64,000 bases of DNA from an uncultured Gammaproteobacteria bacterium. Its GTDB lineage: Bacteria > Patescibacteriota > Patescibacteriia > Magasanikbacterales > GWA2-37-8. Positions within the stretch are counted from its first letter, which is position 1; each line of letters opens with the position of its first letter. Under the pieces are notes generated by a model that ran no database searches, had not been told where the DNA came from, and saw only the letters and a program-made list of their open reading frames with translations. A program made the position numbers and the translations under genes. Shown piece by piece: positions 36,369-45,200 of the stretch. Location: positions 83,250-147,249 of the forward strand of contig CAZINT010000003.1 in assembly GCA_964540825.1 (NCBI GenBank), in the 5' to 3' direction.

Positions 36369-38114
36369 ATGCTACTCTTACTTCTTTCATTCACAGCTGG
36401 AGTTCTGACTGTTCTGGCGCCCTGTACCTTGCCGCTCCTGCCGATTATTATCGGCGGGTCGGCGGGCGGGACTTCCAAGCGAAGCCCGTATATTATTACT
36501 TTAGCGCTTGCCGGCGGGATTGTACTGTTTACGCTGCTTCTTAAATTCAGCACGCTGTTTATCAATATTCCCCAAAACGTCTGGAGTATTATTTCTGGCT
36601 CGATTATTATCATCCTGGGCATTACAAATGTCTTTCCTGTTCTCTGGGAAAAAATCAACATAGGGCTTGGCCTCGGCAGCCGATCGAGTCAGCTGCTTTC
36701 GGAGTCTGCCGCTCACAAAAACCGCTGGGGCGACATACTCATCGGCCTCTCGCTCGGCCCGGTTTTCTCGAGCTGTTCACCGACCTACTTCTTGATCTTG
36801 GCTACTGTCCTGCCGCGCAGCTTGGCTGTCGGCACATTGTATCTTGTCGCTTACGCGCTTGGGCTCGCACTCATTCTTCTCTTGGTTAGCATCTTGGGAC
36901 GGCGCTTTACTGCTCGTGCTGCTTGGGCTACTGATCCAAAAGGCTGGTTTAAACGCGGACTTGGGGTAGTGTTTATTATTATCGGCTTAGTTATCTTTAC
37001 GGGTACGGACAAAAAAATCCAAACGTATCTGGTACAAAACAACTATTACCCCGGCGGATCACTTGAACAAAGCCTGATTGAACGCTTTAACAATACTTCC
37101 CTCGAGCCGCAAGCAGACACAGCTTCAGCAACAACCATGCCTACGGATATGACCAAAAATTTTCCGCGCTACCGCGAAATTACTAATCCTGCCGGTTACG
37201 TCAATACACCGCCGGTCAAACTGGCCGATTTGATCGGTAAAAAAGTCATCCTCGTTGATTTCATGACCTACAGCTGCATCAACTGCATCCGAACGTTTCC
37301 CTATCTCAATGCTTGGTACGATAAATATAAAGATGATGGGCTCGAAATCGTTGGCATCCACACGCCGGAATTTGCCTTTGAACACAAACAAGCCAATGTG
37401 GAAAAAGCACTTGCTGAATTTGGCATTAAATTTCCTGTTGTTCTTGATAATGACTATGGTACCTGGAACGCCTATGGCAATAATTATTGGCCACGCAAAT
37501 ACCTGATTGATATCGATGGCTATATTGTCTACGATCACATTGGCGAAGGCAACTACGACGAAACCGAAGCAAAAATCCAAGAACTGTTGCAAGAAAAAAT
37601 GCTGCGCGACCACGCAACAACAACACTCGAAACCTCATTGGTTACTATTCCAGCTCGCACCCCAAACCGTGTAGCTAGCCCGGAAACATATTTCGGCGCT
37701 GATCGTAACCGAAACTTTGCCAACGGTGACGCAGGTAAGCTTGGAACCCAGACCATTACCGGAAATGTAACCGGCAAACTCAACGACCTCAACCTCCTTG
37801 GTACCTGGAATTTTAACCGGGAATACACCGAAGCGTCTGCCGGCGCCACCATCAGCTATCGCTATAGCGCAGCCCACGTCTTTTTTGTTGGCAGTGCTAC
37901 CAAAGCCGTACGCGTAGAAGTGCTTGAAGACGGCAAACCACTACCTCAAGATGCGGCCGGAAAAGATATCGAATACATTAATGGAAAAAGTTACGTAACC
38001 GTACAGGAAGACCGACTTTATGAACTTGTCAAAAACCTCGGCAGCGAAGAGCATACCCTGGAACTTAAAATTGAAGGTGGGGGTTTGAAAGCGTATACAT
38101 TTACGTTTGGCTAA
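36369..38114 (+). CDS. DipZ-like protein: CcdA/DsbD-type transmembrane electron-transfer domain fused to a redoxin/thioredoxin-like domain and a C-terminal beta domain
   Basis: N-terminal APCTLPLLP and a second-half Cys pair in TM helices (CcdA-like), a periplasmic Trx-like YSCINC domain, and a start 1 nt after the upstream stop (translational coupling). Confidence 0.75.
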   Translation: MLLLLLSFTAGVLTVLAPCTLPLLPIIIGGSAGGTSKRSPYIITLALAGGIVLFTLLLKFSTLFINIPQNVWSIISGSIIIILGITNVFPVLWEKINIGLGLGSRSSQLLSESAAHKNRWGDILIGLSLGPVFSSCSPTYFLILATVLPRSLAVGTLYLVAYALGLALILLLVSILGRRFTARAAWATDPKGWFKRGLGVVFIIIGLVIFTGTDKKIQTYLVQNNYYPGGSLEQSLIERFNNTSLEPQADTASATTMPTDMTKNFPRYREITNPAGYVNTPPVKLADLIGKKVILVDFMTYSCINCIRTFPYLNAWYDKYKDDGLEIVGIHTPEFAFEHKQANVEKALAEFGIKFPVVLDNDYGTWNAYGNNYWPRKYLIDIDGYIVYDHIGEGNYDETEAKIQELLQEKMLRDHATTTLETSLVTIPARTPNRVASPETYFGADRNRNFANGDAGKLGTQTITGNVTGKLNDLNLLGTWNFNREYTEASAGATISYRYSAAHVFFVGSATKAVRVEVLEDGKPLPQDAAGKDIEYINGKSYVTVQEDRLYELVKNLGSEEHTLELKIEGGGLKAYTFTFG

Positions 38115-38145
38115 ACCCCATTAAATTAAAACTTTGTGTAAAAAA

Positions 38146-38180
38146 TAAAAATTCGCTGAACAGCGAATTTTTATTTTTAA
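38146..38180. terminator. bidirectional rho-independent terminator
   Basis: aaaaATTCGCTGaaCAGCGAATttttatttttaa, between the convergent genes. Confidence 0.6.
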
Positions 38181-38265
38181 AATGCATGCAAGGTGAGCCT
38201 TAGTCTAAAGCTATTCTTGGATGCGCCGAACGGTCGAGTGACCGTTCGGGTGGTGGGGCGTTTAC

Positions 38266-38598
38266 TCAGCGGCCCGGGAACACAAGTCCCGACCGGTAGT
38301 CCTTGTACTCGATCTGGGTGCAGACCATACCATCTTCCCGGTACTTGCGGATCTCACACTTCTTCACCGCAGGAGCGGGTGAAGGGAAGCTCGGCTTGGT
38401 CGCGAAGAGTCCTGGAAGGTGGACGCCGTCGCAGATAATATGGTACTTGCCGTACCAATCCTCCTGCTGCGGTTTCTGCGGCTGAGACACGGTGGACGCA
38501 CCAGGCACCAAGCCCAAACGCTGAACCGTGCTCGGCTGCACAGAACCACAGCCTGCCAGAGAACTCATCACAAACAACCCGATTAGTGCCCGCTTCAT
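38266..38598 (-). CDS. hypothetical lipoprotein (high-GC cassette I)
   Basis: Lipobox SLAGC; 110 aa. Followed on its 3' side by the perfect hairpin CCGAACGGTCgagtGACCGTTCGG (38226-38249). Confidence 0.45.
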   Translation of the reverse strand: MKRALIGLFVMSSLAGCGSVQPSTVQRLGLVPGASTVSQPQKPQQEDWYGKYHIICDGVHLPGLFATKPSFPSPAPAVKKCEIRKYREDGMVCTQIEYKDYRSGLVFPGR

Positions 38599-38770
38599 GC
38601 TTCCATCCTCTCAAAAAAGAGCCCATCACGTACGTGCAACGCTCGTGTTTTGACACGTCGCACAATTCTCTAGAACAGATTTTGACCGTACTCCAAAAAT
38701 TGTTTTTTGTCAATTCTTCAAAGAGTCTATACCTATTTTTCGCTATACTCATCATGTCATAGTCATAATC

Positions 38771-38799
38771 TTGACGAATTAATTGTTTTTAAGTACTAT
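38771..38799 (+). promoter_or_regulatory. sigma70 promoter TTGACG-17-TACTAT for tRNA-Met
   Basis: Read directly. Confidence 0.5.
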
Positions 38800-38821
38800 A
38801 GGCTTTGTTTTAAGCCCTCAT

Positions 38822-38898
38822 GTCAGGGTAGCTCAGCTGGTTAGAGCACGGGATTCATAACCCCGAGGTCGGCGGTTCGATCCCGCCTCCTGACACCA
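38822..38898 (+). tRNA. tRNA-Met (anticodon CAU), CCA encoded
   Basis: Acceptor GTCAGGG/TCCTGAC, D arm GCTC-AGCTGGTTA-GAGC, anticodon loop TTCATAA, T arm GGCGG-TTCGATC-CCGCC, 3' ACCA. Initiator, elongator or Ile-lysidine identity is not resolved. Confidence 0.85.
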
Positions 38899-38910
38899 CC
38901 ACAGTACTAA

Positions 38911-38965
38911 GCAGAATAGGCAGAATAAGTACTAAGCAACCGATAACTTACTCTGCCTATTCTGC
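38911..38965 (+). repeat. 20-bp-stem hairpin (19 of 20 paired) abutting the tsaD start
   Basis: GCAGAATAGGCAGAATAAGT, a 15-nt loop, then ACTTACTCTGCCTATTCTGC. The direct repeat GTACTAAGCA at 38904-38913 and 38929-38938 flanks it. Confidence 0.5.
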
Positions 38966-38979
38966 TTAATCTGCTTACC

Positions 38980-40008
38980 ATGCTTGTACTCGGCATTGAA
39001 TCATCTTGCGACGACACTTCGGTTGCCCTGCTCGACTCTTCTAGCCAGGGTCATTTTATTATTGCTGAAAAAACTTTTTCACAGATTGAAATCCACCAAA
39101 AATATGGTGGCGTCGTTCCCGAAATTGCCGGCCGTATGCATGCCGAAAAAATTGCGCCAATTATTGAAGAAGTTCTCAAAGGCCAAGACAAGCCGGATAT
39201 AATTGCTGTAACTGCCGGCCCAGGCCTTATCACCGGACTCATTGTCGCGGTCGAAGCCGCTCGCACGCTCGGGTATGCCTGGAATATTCCAATTGTTGCC
39301 ACCAATCATATTAGTGGCCACGTGCATTCGGTCGAAATTCAAAACGAAAAAACTACTACTCCTGCCCCGATCGCCTTTCCCGCACTCGCGCTCATTGTGA
39401 GCGGTGGCCACACTGAACTTATTCTGATGCAAAGCCATACGGAATGTACAATTCTTGGACGCACCAAAGACGATGCTGCTGGAGAATGTTTTGATAAAGT
39501 CGCGAGCCTCTTAGGCTTTGCCTACCCGGGCGGCCCGCACATTTCTCGCGAAGCAGTGAACGGAAACCCAAACGCAATTGAGTTCCCCCGCCCGATGATT
39601 CATGACAAGAGTTATGATTTTAGTTTTTCAGGGCTGAAGACTGCGGCCCTGTACTGGCTCCGTGACAACATAGTAGGAGAAAAAGTTTCTCAAACAGATT
39701 TTTGTGCCAGTTTCGAACAAGCGATCATTGATGTACTGGTAACCAAAACAATGCGTGCTGCCACTGAGCACAAACCAAAGAGTATTATTCTCGGCGGCGG
39801 TGTTTCGGCTAACAAAAAATTACGCGAAGCGCTGACAAACGCTGTGCAGACAGATTTTCCAGAAACAACTATGCACCTTCCCCCACCCGGGTATTCCATG
39901 GATAACGGCGCTATGATTGCCGTGGCCGGGTATTACCAAGCCTTAAACAAAAACTTCACTAACTGGACAGAACTGAGTGCCAATCCGAATTGGCGAATTG
40001 ACCGCTAG
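38980..40008 (+). CDS. tsaD: tRNA N6-adenosine threonylcarbamoyltransferase TsaD (Kae1/Gcp family)
   Basis: MLVLGIESSCDDTSVAL and NHISGHV motifs; 342 aa. Confidence 0.9.
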   Translation: MLVLGIESSCDDTSVALLDSSSQGHFIIAEKTFSQIEIHQKYGGVVPEIAGRMHAEKIAPIIEEVLKGQDKPDIIAVTAGPGLITGLIVAVEAARTLGYAWNIPIVATNHISGHVHSVEIQNEKTTTPAPIAFPALALIVSGGHTELILMQSHTECTILGRTKDDAAGECFDKVASLLGFAYPGGPHISREAVNGNPNAIEFPRPMIHDKSYDFSFSGLKTAALYWLRDNIVGEKVSQTDFCASFEQAIIDVLVTKTMRAATEHKPKSIILGGGVSANKKLREALTNAVQTDFPETTMHLPPPGYSMDNGAMIAVAGYYQALNKNFTNWTELSANPNWRIDR

Positions 40009-40046
40009 CCATTTCTTGTATTTTTAGCCTAATTAAGCCCTTTATC

Positions 40047-40075
40047 TTTACAAAAGGGCTTTTTTGTGCTATTAT
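40047..40075 (+). promoter_or_regulatory. promoter-like module TTTACA-17-TATTAT with TGn (cassette J), embedded in a hairpin AAGCCCTTT/AAAGGGCTT
   Basis: ctttatctTTACAaaagggcttttttgtgcTATTAT is about 85% identical to the module at 41457. Confidence 0.45.
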
Positions 40076-40155
40076 TTTCTGTTTATCCGTGGGTCTTTCT
40101 CTCTGCCTGCGGAAAACCTGTTCATTAACAAAAGAGAGAGACAAGGATCGCGAAC

Positions 40156-41277
40156 ATGCCGAATGGAAAAACCGATCTGCTCGCTCCGGGTGAACTGGGT
40201 GCTGTCATCGTGACAGCGCTCGGTTTCAAGAACAATCGCTCCGCAGCCGATTACCTCAAGAGTACGGAATACCAGCAGCGTTTCTCGGCGGCGTCAGACG
40301 CCTACCAGCCGATCGACTTTGGCGGCGGTACCTACGTACCGCTTTCACCCAAAAACAAAGGACCACTCGATCTCACCGGCCTCATGGAAGAGACTCGTGG
40401 CGACCAGGAGCGACCCACCTGGATCCCGCTCTTCAAAGCTGGCACGCCGAAGCCTGTCGGAGCCTACAACGTCGCTCTCGTCTGTGACGGAGCGGCGCGG
40501 TTCTACAGCCGCATCGGCGCCAACACCCGTGTGAAAGGGTGGATGTACCGCATCATCTCGGGAGAGCGCGACTGCTACGCCGTGTGGGCGCGAACCGACG
40601 GACAGCCGCTCCGCGGGGCCATGGGCAACTCGGTAGATTCGAAGCGCTTCTACGCGACGCAGTCTGCCCGCGGCCTCATCTACGCCCGCGAGGCACTCTT
40701 CGACCACGTCGGCACGATGGTGGGCTACGCCACCACCACGACGCAGATCGAGGTCCGCGTGCGCGACCAGGACCCCAAACTCTGCGACAACCTGCAGGTC
40801 TTCCGCAAGACGAGCGTCAGCTACAGCTACGACCGCGAGAAGCATGATCCGCCCCGGCTGAACGACTTCGGCCAGGTTTGGCACCCCCTCATCGAGCGTG
40901 CCTACAAATGTTTCGAGCTGTACTGCATGCCCCTGCCGGAGGAGCTACAACACCGACAGCTCTTCTTCATAGAGCAGCTCGCCAAGAGCAAGGCTGACCA
41001 GCGGACATACCCCAACTTCGACAGCAAGATCGGGAAGCTCGACTGGCAGCTAGCGCTCGACAAGGTCGACGAGCCCTGGCAGCTCAGCGTCGTGATCCGG
41101 CGTTACTGCAACAGCCGCTTCGACAGCTCCCCCTGCTGCAATGACACCACCTCCAGTCGCTGGACCAAGATGCTTAGCCAGTACGTCTGCTCCACCGAGC
41201 GTCGCACCAAGCTTCAGGAGATGGTGAACAGCTACTGCTCGGTCGTCGATAGCATGTGGAACTACAGCGGCGACTAA
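40156..41277 (+). CDS. hypothetical protein (high-GC cassette J)
   Basis: 373 aa with an AAGGA SD. GC-rich third positions. The antisense ORFs 40345..40884 and 41050..41307 were rejected. Confidence 0.5.
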   Translation: MPNGKTDLLAPGELGAVIVTALGFKNNRSAADYLKSTEYQQRFSAASDAYQPIDFGGGTYVPLSPKNKGPLDLTGLMEETRGDQERPTWIPLFKAGTPKPVGAYNVALVCDGAARFYSRIGANTRVKGWMYRIISGERDCYAVWARTDGQPLRGAMGNSVDSKRFYATQSARGLIYAREALFDHVGTMVGYATTTTQIEVRVRDQDPKLCDNLQVFRKTSVSYSYDREKHDPPRLNDFGQVWHPLIERAYKCFELYCMPLPEELQHRQLFFIEQLAKSKADQRTYPNFDSKIGKLDWQLALDKVDEPWQLSVVIRRYCNSRFDSSPCCNDTTSSRWTKMLSQYVCSTERRTKLQEMVNSYCSVVDSMWNYSGD

Positions 41278-41317
41278 CCCGCGCTCCACTAACGGTTGGT
41301 CTAACAACCAATCACCA

Positions 41318-41430
41318 CCTCTTCCAAACCCTGGGGGAGCGCACTACAGTTTTTCTAAAAATATTAGAACCACTGTAGTCTCCCCCAGATTATAAAAATA
41401 ACTCCTTTTTAGGGAGTTGTTTTTTATATA
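41318..41430 (+). repeat. 3' module copy 1: 17-bp interrupted stem CTGGGGGAG-cgc-ACTACAGT...ACTGTAGT-CTCCCCCAG plus terminator AACTCCtttttaGGGAGTT-T6
   Basis: Near-identical to 42166..42275. Confidence 0.6.
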
Positions 41431-41456
41431 CAAAAGCAACACCCGCCACCTTTATC

Positions 41457-41485
41457 TTGACAAAAGGGTTCTTTTGTGCTATACT
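41457..41485 (+). promoter_or_regulatory. sigma70 promoter TTGACA-17-TATACT with TGn (cassette K)
   Basis: ctttatcTTGACAaaagggttcttttgtgcTATACT. Confidence 0.5.
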
Positions 41486-41576
41486 CACTTGTTGTTTTGA
41501 TAGCTTTTTGTCTGCATAAATAGTGCGTATTATAAAGCTTCTCAAACTGAAGCTCACAATTGATTGGAGGACAGAG

Positions 41577-42149
41577 ATGAGTCGTCTATCCCAGAAGGCA
41601 CGTCAGCACCGCGCGAACCTTCGCGACCTCAGCGATCGTATCGCCGAAGATAATGAGGTGGACCACCGAGAAGCCGACAACACCCTCGAGGACGATGACT
41701 TCGACGACGCACCCCACCCCTTCGACAGAGCAAAGGAGCTCGTCGATTGGACTGGCCGCAAGCGGTCCGGCGACATGAAGGGCATCTCCTTCTGCGGATA
41801 CTCCACGCGAGTAATCGCCTTCGAGCTGAACCACCAGGATCGGCTCACCGAGATCGCCGAGGAGAACTACCCGGCCTCCGCCGACGAGGACCCGGATGTG
41901 CACCGCTACTACGCAGAGCATCAGCGCCAGATCGACCGAGAGCTCGACTGGCTCTGGGCCAAGCGGGGAGAGTACCGGGCGCAGGGCGCACACGAAGTCT
42001 GGGTGTACCTCAACGGCAAGAACATCGAGGACCACCCGTACCGGTCGTGGGTCCCTCGCATGCCCGGTCTCCCGGCCCAGGAAGACTCCGACTTCGACCG
42101 CCACTACCACCCGTGGGGCGGCAACCTCTACTCCTTCAGCTACGTCTAG
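41577..42149 (+). CDS. acidic hypothetical protein (high-GC cassette K)
   Basis: 190 aa from ATG 41577, with a GGAGG SD 7 nt upstream. The ORF-track start at 41523 is further upstream. The antisense ORF 41586..42281 was rejected. Confidence 0.5.
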   Translation: MSRLSQKARQHRANLRDLSDRIAEDNEVDHREADNTLEDDDFDDAPHPFDRAKELVDWTGRKRSGDMKGISFCGYSTRVIAFELNHQDRLTEIAEENYPASADEDPDVHRYYAEHQRQIDRELDWLWAKRGEYRAQGAHEVWVYLNGKNIEDHPYRSWVPRMPGLPAQEDSDFDRHYHPWGGNLYSFSYV

Positions 42150-42165
42150 CACTAGCCGAAGACCA

Positions 42166-42275
42166 TCCTCTTCCACCCTGGGGGAGCCGACTACAGTTTT
42201 TCTAAAAAATATTAGAGCCACTGTAGTCTCCCCCAGATTATAAAAACAACTCCTTTTTAGGGAGTTGTTTTTATG
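42166..42275 (+). repeat. 3' module copy 2; its terminal hairpin overlaps the last codons of dnaE on the opposite strand
   Basis: CTGGGGGAG-ccg-ACTACAGT...ACTGTAGT-CTCCCCCAG then AACTCCtttttaGGGAGTTgttttt. The dnaE stop lies at 42257-42259, inside this hairpin. Confidence 0.6.
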
Positions 42276-45200
42276 TACCAAATCTTTTCCAGCGCTTCGG
42301 TAAATTCAGATGAAGTACTAATTGTAAACGATGTTTTTATTTTCTTATCACCAACCTTCAGGAAAACCAATTTTTCTCCCGGGAACTCCGCAAAAATCTT
42401 TTTAAGTTCCGCCGCTTTCATCCCCGCTTCTTCTGGGGAAAGCTTTATTTCTACGGTGCCGTCACCCAGGTCAACCACGCGATCCGCACGGTCGCGCTCG
42501 ATTGCAGCACGGTTAGGCACGTGACTTTTTACCGATTTCTCACCATGATTCATGGCCATTTGCATGGCCATGGCCCGTACATTTTCGGGCGTCAATTCAT
42601 ACGCTTTTTCTACAAACAATTTATCGTCCCCTTCTTCATCACTCGTCTTACCCACCACGCAAACAAGCCTACCTTCGACCCACACATCTTTGGTTGTTTC
42701 ATATGTTTTAGGAAAAACCAACAGCTCCAAACTCGCACTGATATCTTGGATCGTTACGAACATCATCGGCTTACCCCCGCGCGTAATTTTTTTCTTGGTA
42801 CTATCAATGACACCGCCCACAATCAGCCAGGTGCTGCGCGACTGACCGCCCAGGTCTTTAATCGGCGTCAGGCAGTTACTCATAATTTCCTGGTAGCGGG
42901 TAAACGGATGCGCTGTTACATACAGGCCCAGCAGCTCTTTTTCCCAAGTAAGCTTTTCAGCTTCGGTTGCGAGTGGTGCCGGGTCCAATTTTACTTTACT
43001 GACGATATCAATCTTTGAACCAGAGAAAAGCGAATGCTGTTTAGAACTATTTGCTTCCTGCGTCTGTTTCGCAAAAGAAAGAATATTATCAATGTTCTTG
43101 AGAATTAAATTACGATCAAACCCCAAACAATCCATGGCTCCACACTTTGCCAAACTTTCGACGGATTTTTTGTTTAAGTCTTTATCTTTAACGCGCGTCA
43201 AAAATTCTTCCAAAGTTTTGAAAGGGCCGTTTGCTTCGCGCTCTTTATAGATAACTTCGGCAATGTGTTCACCCACGTTTTTAATACCTGAAAAACCAAA
43301 ACGAATATGCGGCTCACTCCCGTCATCAGGCGTAATCATGGCAAAGTTTTTGTGGCTCGCGTTAATGTCGGGGGGCAATACCTTCACGCCCATGCGCGCG
43401 CACTCGTGAATGACTTCCGGAACTTTTTCAATATCCCCGCTTTCTGCAATTAAAATAGCGGTCATGTACTGAATCGGAAAATTGGCTTTCAAATACGCAG
43501 TTTGGTACGCGACAACCGCGTAACTAGCGGCATGCGCTTTGTTAAACCCGTACGCTGCGAACGGCTCAATCAATTCCCAGAGGCGGTGAATCTTTACTTC
43601 CGGCACTTTCCCGATTTCTTTACAGCCTTTAAAAAACTTTTCTTTTTGTTTTTCCATTTCTTCGGGAATTTTCTTACCCATCGCTTTACGGAATTTATCC
43701 GCCTCTTCCCAATTGTACCCGCCCAAATTAATAGCCGTCAGGAGCACGTCGTCTTGATACACAATAAGGCCGAGCGACTGATCCAAATAATCTTTCATGC
43801 GCGGATCAAGGTATTCAATCAGCTCAGGATGATTTTTGCGCTTGATATATTCCGGAATTGATTCCATTGGGCCAGGGCGGAAGAGCGCTACCATAGCCAT
43901 GATATCAAAGATACTGGCTGGTTTCAGTTCTTTCAGGTAACGCGTCATGCCCGAACCCGACAATTGAAACACACCCACGGTTTCACCGCGCGCGAGCATG
44001 TCGTAGGTTTTCTGATCATCCCACGGAAGGGTGTAGATATTAATTTTCTGCCCCGTTGTTTTGGCAATAATTTCAATGGCGTGCCCCAGAATGGAAAGGT
44101 TGCGAATACCCAAGAAGTCCATTTTGAGTACTCCGGCGGCTTCAACCGCATGCATTTCGTACTGCGTGGTGATTTTTTCACCGCCCGTTTCATATTGAAT
44201 CGGCGTAAAGTCAGTTAAGGGGGTCGGCGAAATAACCACGCCGGCCGCATGCATCGACGAGTGACGCGCACAGCCTTCAACTTTACGCGCCAAGTCAAGC
44301 AGGCGTTTCGCCTGGCCATTTTTGGTGTACAGTTCCTTGAGATCAGGCTCAAGATCAAGCGCTTTGTCGATTGTCATCTGAAAGCCCTGTGCCCCAAACG
44401 GAATAAGTTTTGATACTTGGTCGCAAAAAGAATATGAATACCCTAGGGCACGCCCCACATCGCGCACTGCTCCGCGAGCGGCCATGGTTCCAAACGTAAT
44501 AATCTGCGCTACTTTGTCGGCACCGTATTTATCCGTAACATATTTAATCATCTCGTCGCGGCGGTCGTCAGCGAAGTCAGTATCAATATCCGGCGGGCTC
44601 GGGCGGAACGGGTTGAGGAAACGCTCGAACGGCAATTTAAAATACAATGGGTTTACCGTCGTAATACCAAGCGCATACGAAACAATTGAACCAGCGCCCG
44701 ATCCACGCGTGGTTTCGACGATGTCATTGCGCCGAGCAAAATCGACATAATCAGCCACGGTCAAAAAGTACGGTGAATAACCTTTTTTAGAAATAATATC
44801 AAGCTCATAATCAACACGCTTGCGCACATCTTCCGTCACCTCAGTCAACGCCGGCAGCTTTTCATACACCTGATTACGCAAATGCGTATCGAATGTTTCG
44901 CCGGGCGGAATTTCGATCGCCGCAAAATGCCATTTATTGAGTTCCAGTTTAAAATTAACGCGCTCGGCAATTTTAACTGTGTTGGCTATTGCTTCGGGCA
45001 AATGTTTAAACCGGGCCGCAATATCGTCCGCGCTTGCGAGCGAATAATCAACGGCGCTCATGGAAATACGATTCGGTTCTTCCATACTGAGGCCGTCCCG
45101 AATACAGGTCAAAATATCCTGCGCTTCGGCATCTTCTTCGTGTAGATAATGCGCATCGCGCGTTACTACCAAGGGAATTCCTGTTTCTTTACTCAGTTTA

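Noticed and set aside
1564-42275. Integron / attC interpretation of the cassette 3' hairpin elements
   Set aside because: No IntI-type integrase, no attI, and the cassettes are dispersed and not arrayed. Each carries its own promoter, whereas integron cassettes are promoterless. The hairpin elements lack recognisable R''/L''-L'/R' core sites (GTTRRRY) and differ between cassette families.
41586-42281. 231-aa minus-strand ORF antisense to cassette K; also 40345..40884- antisense to cassette J
   Set aside because: Same reasoning: no translation signals, and the plus-strand genes have promoter and SD.
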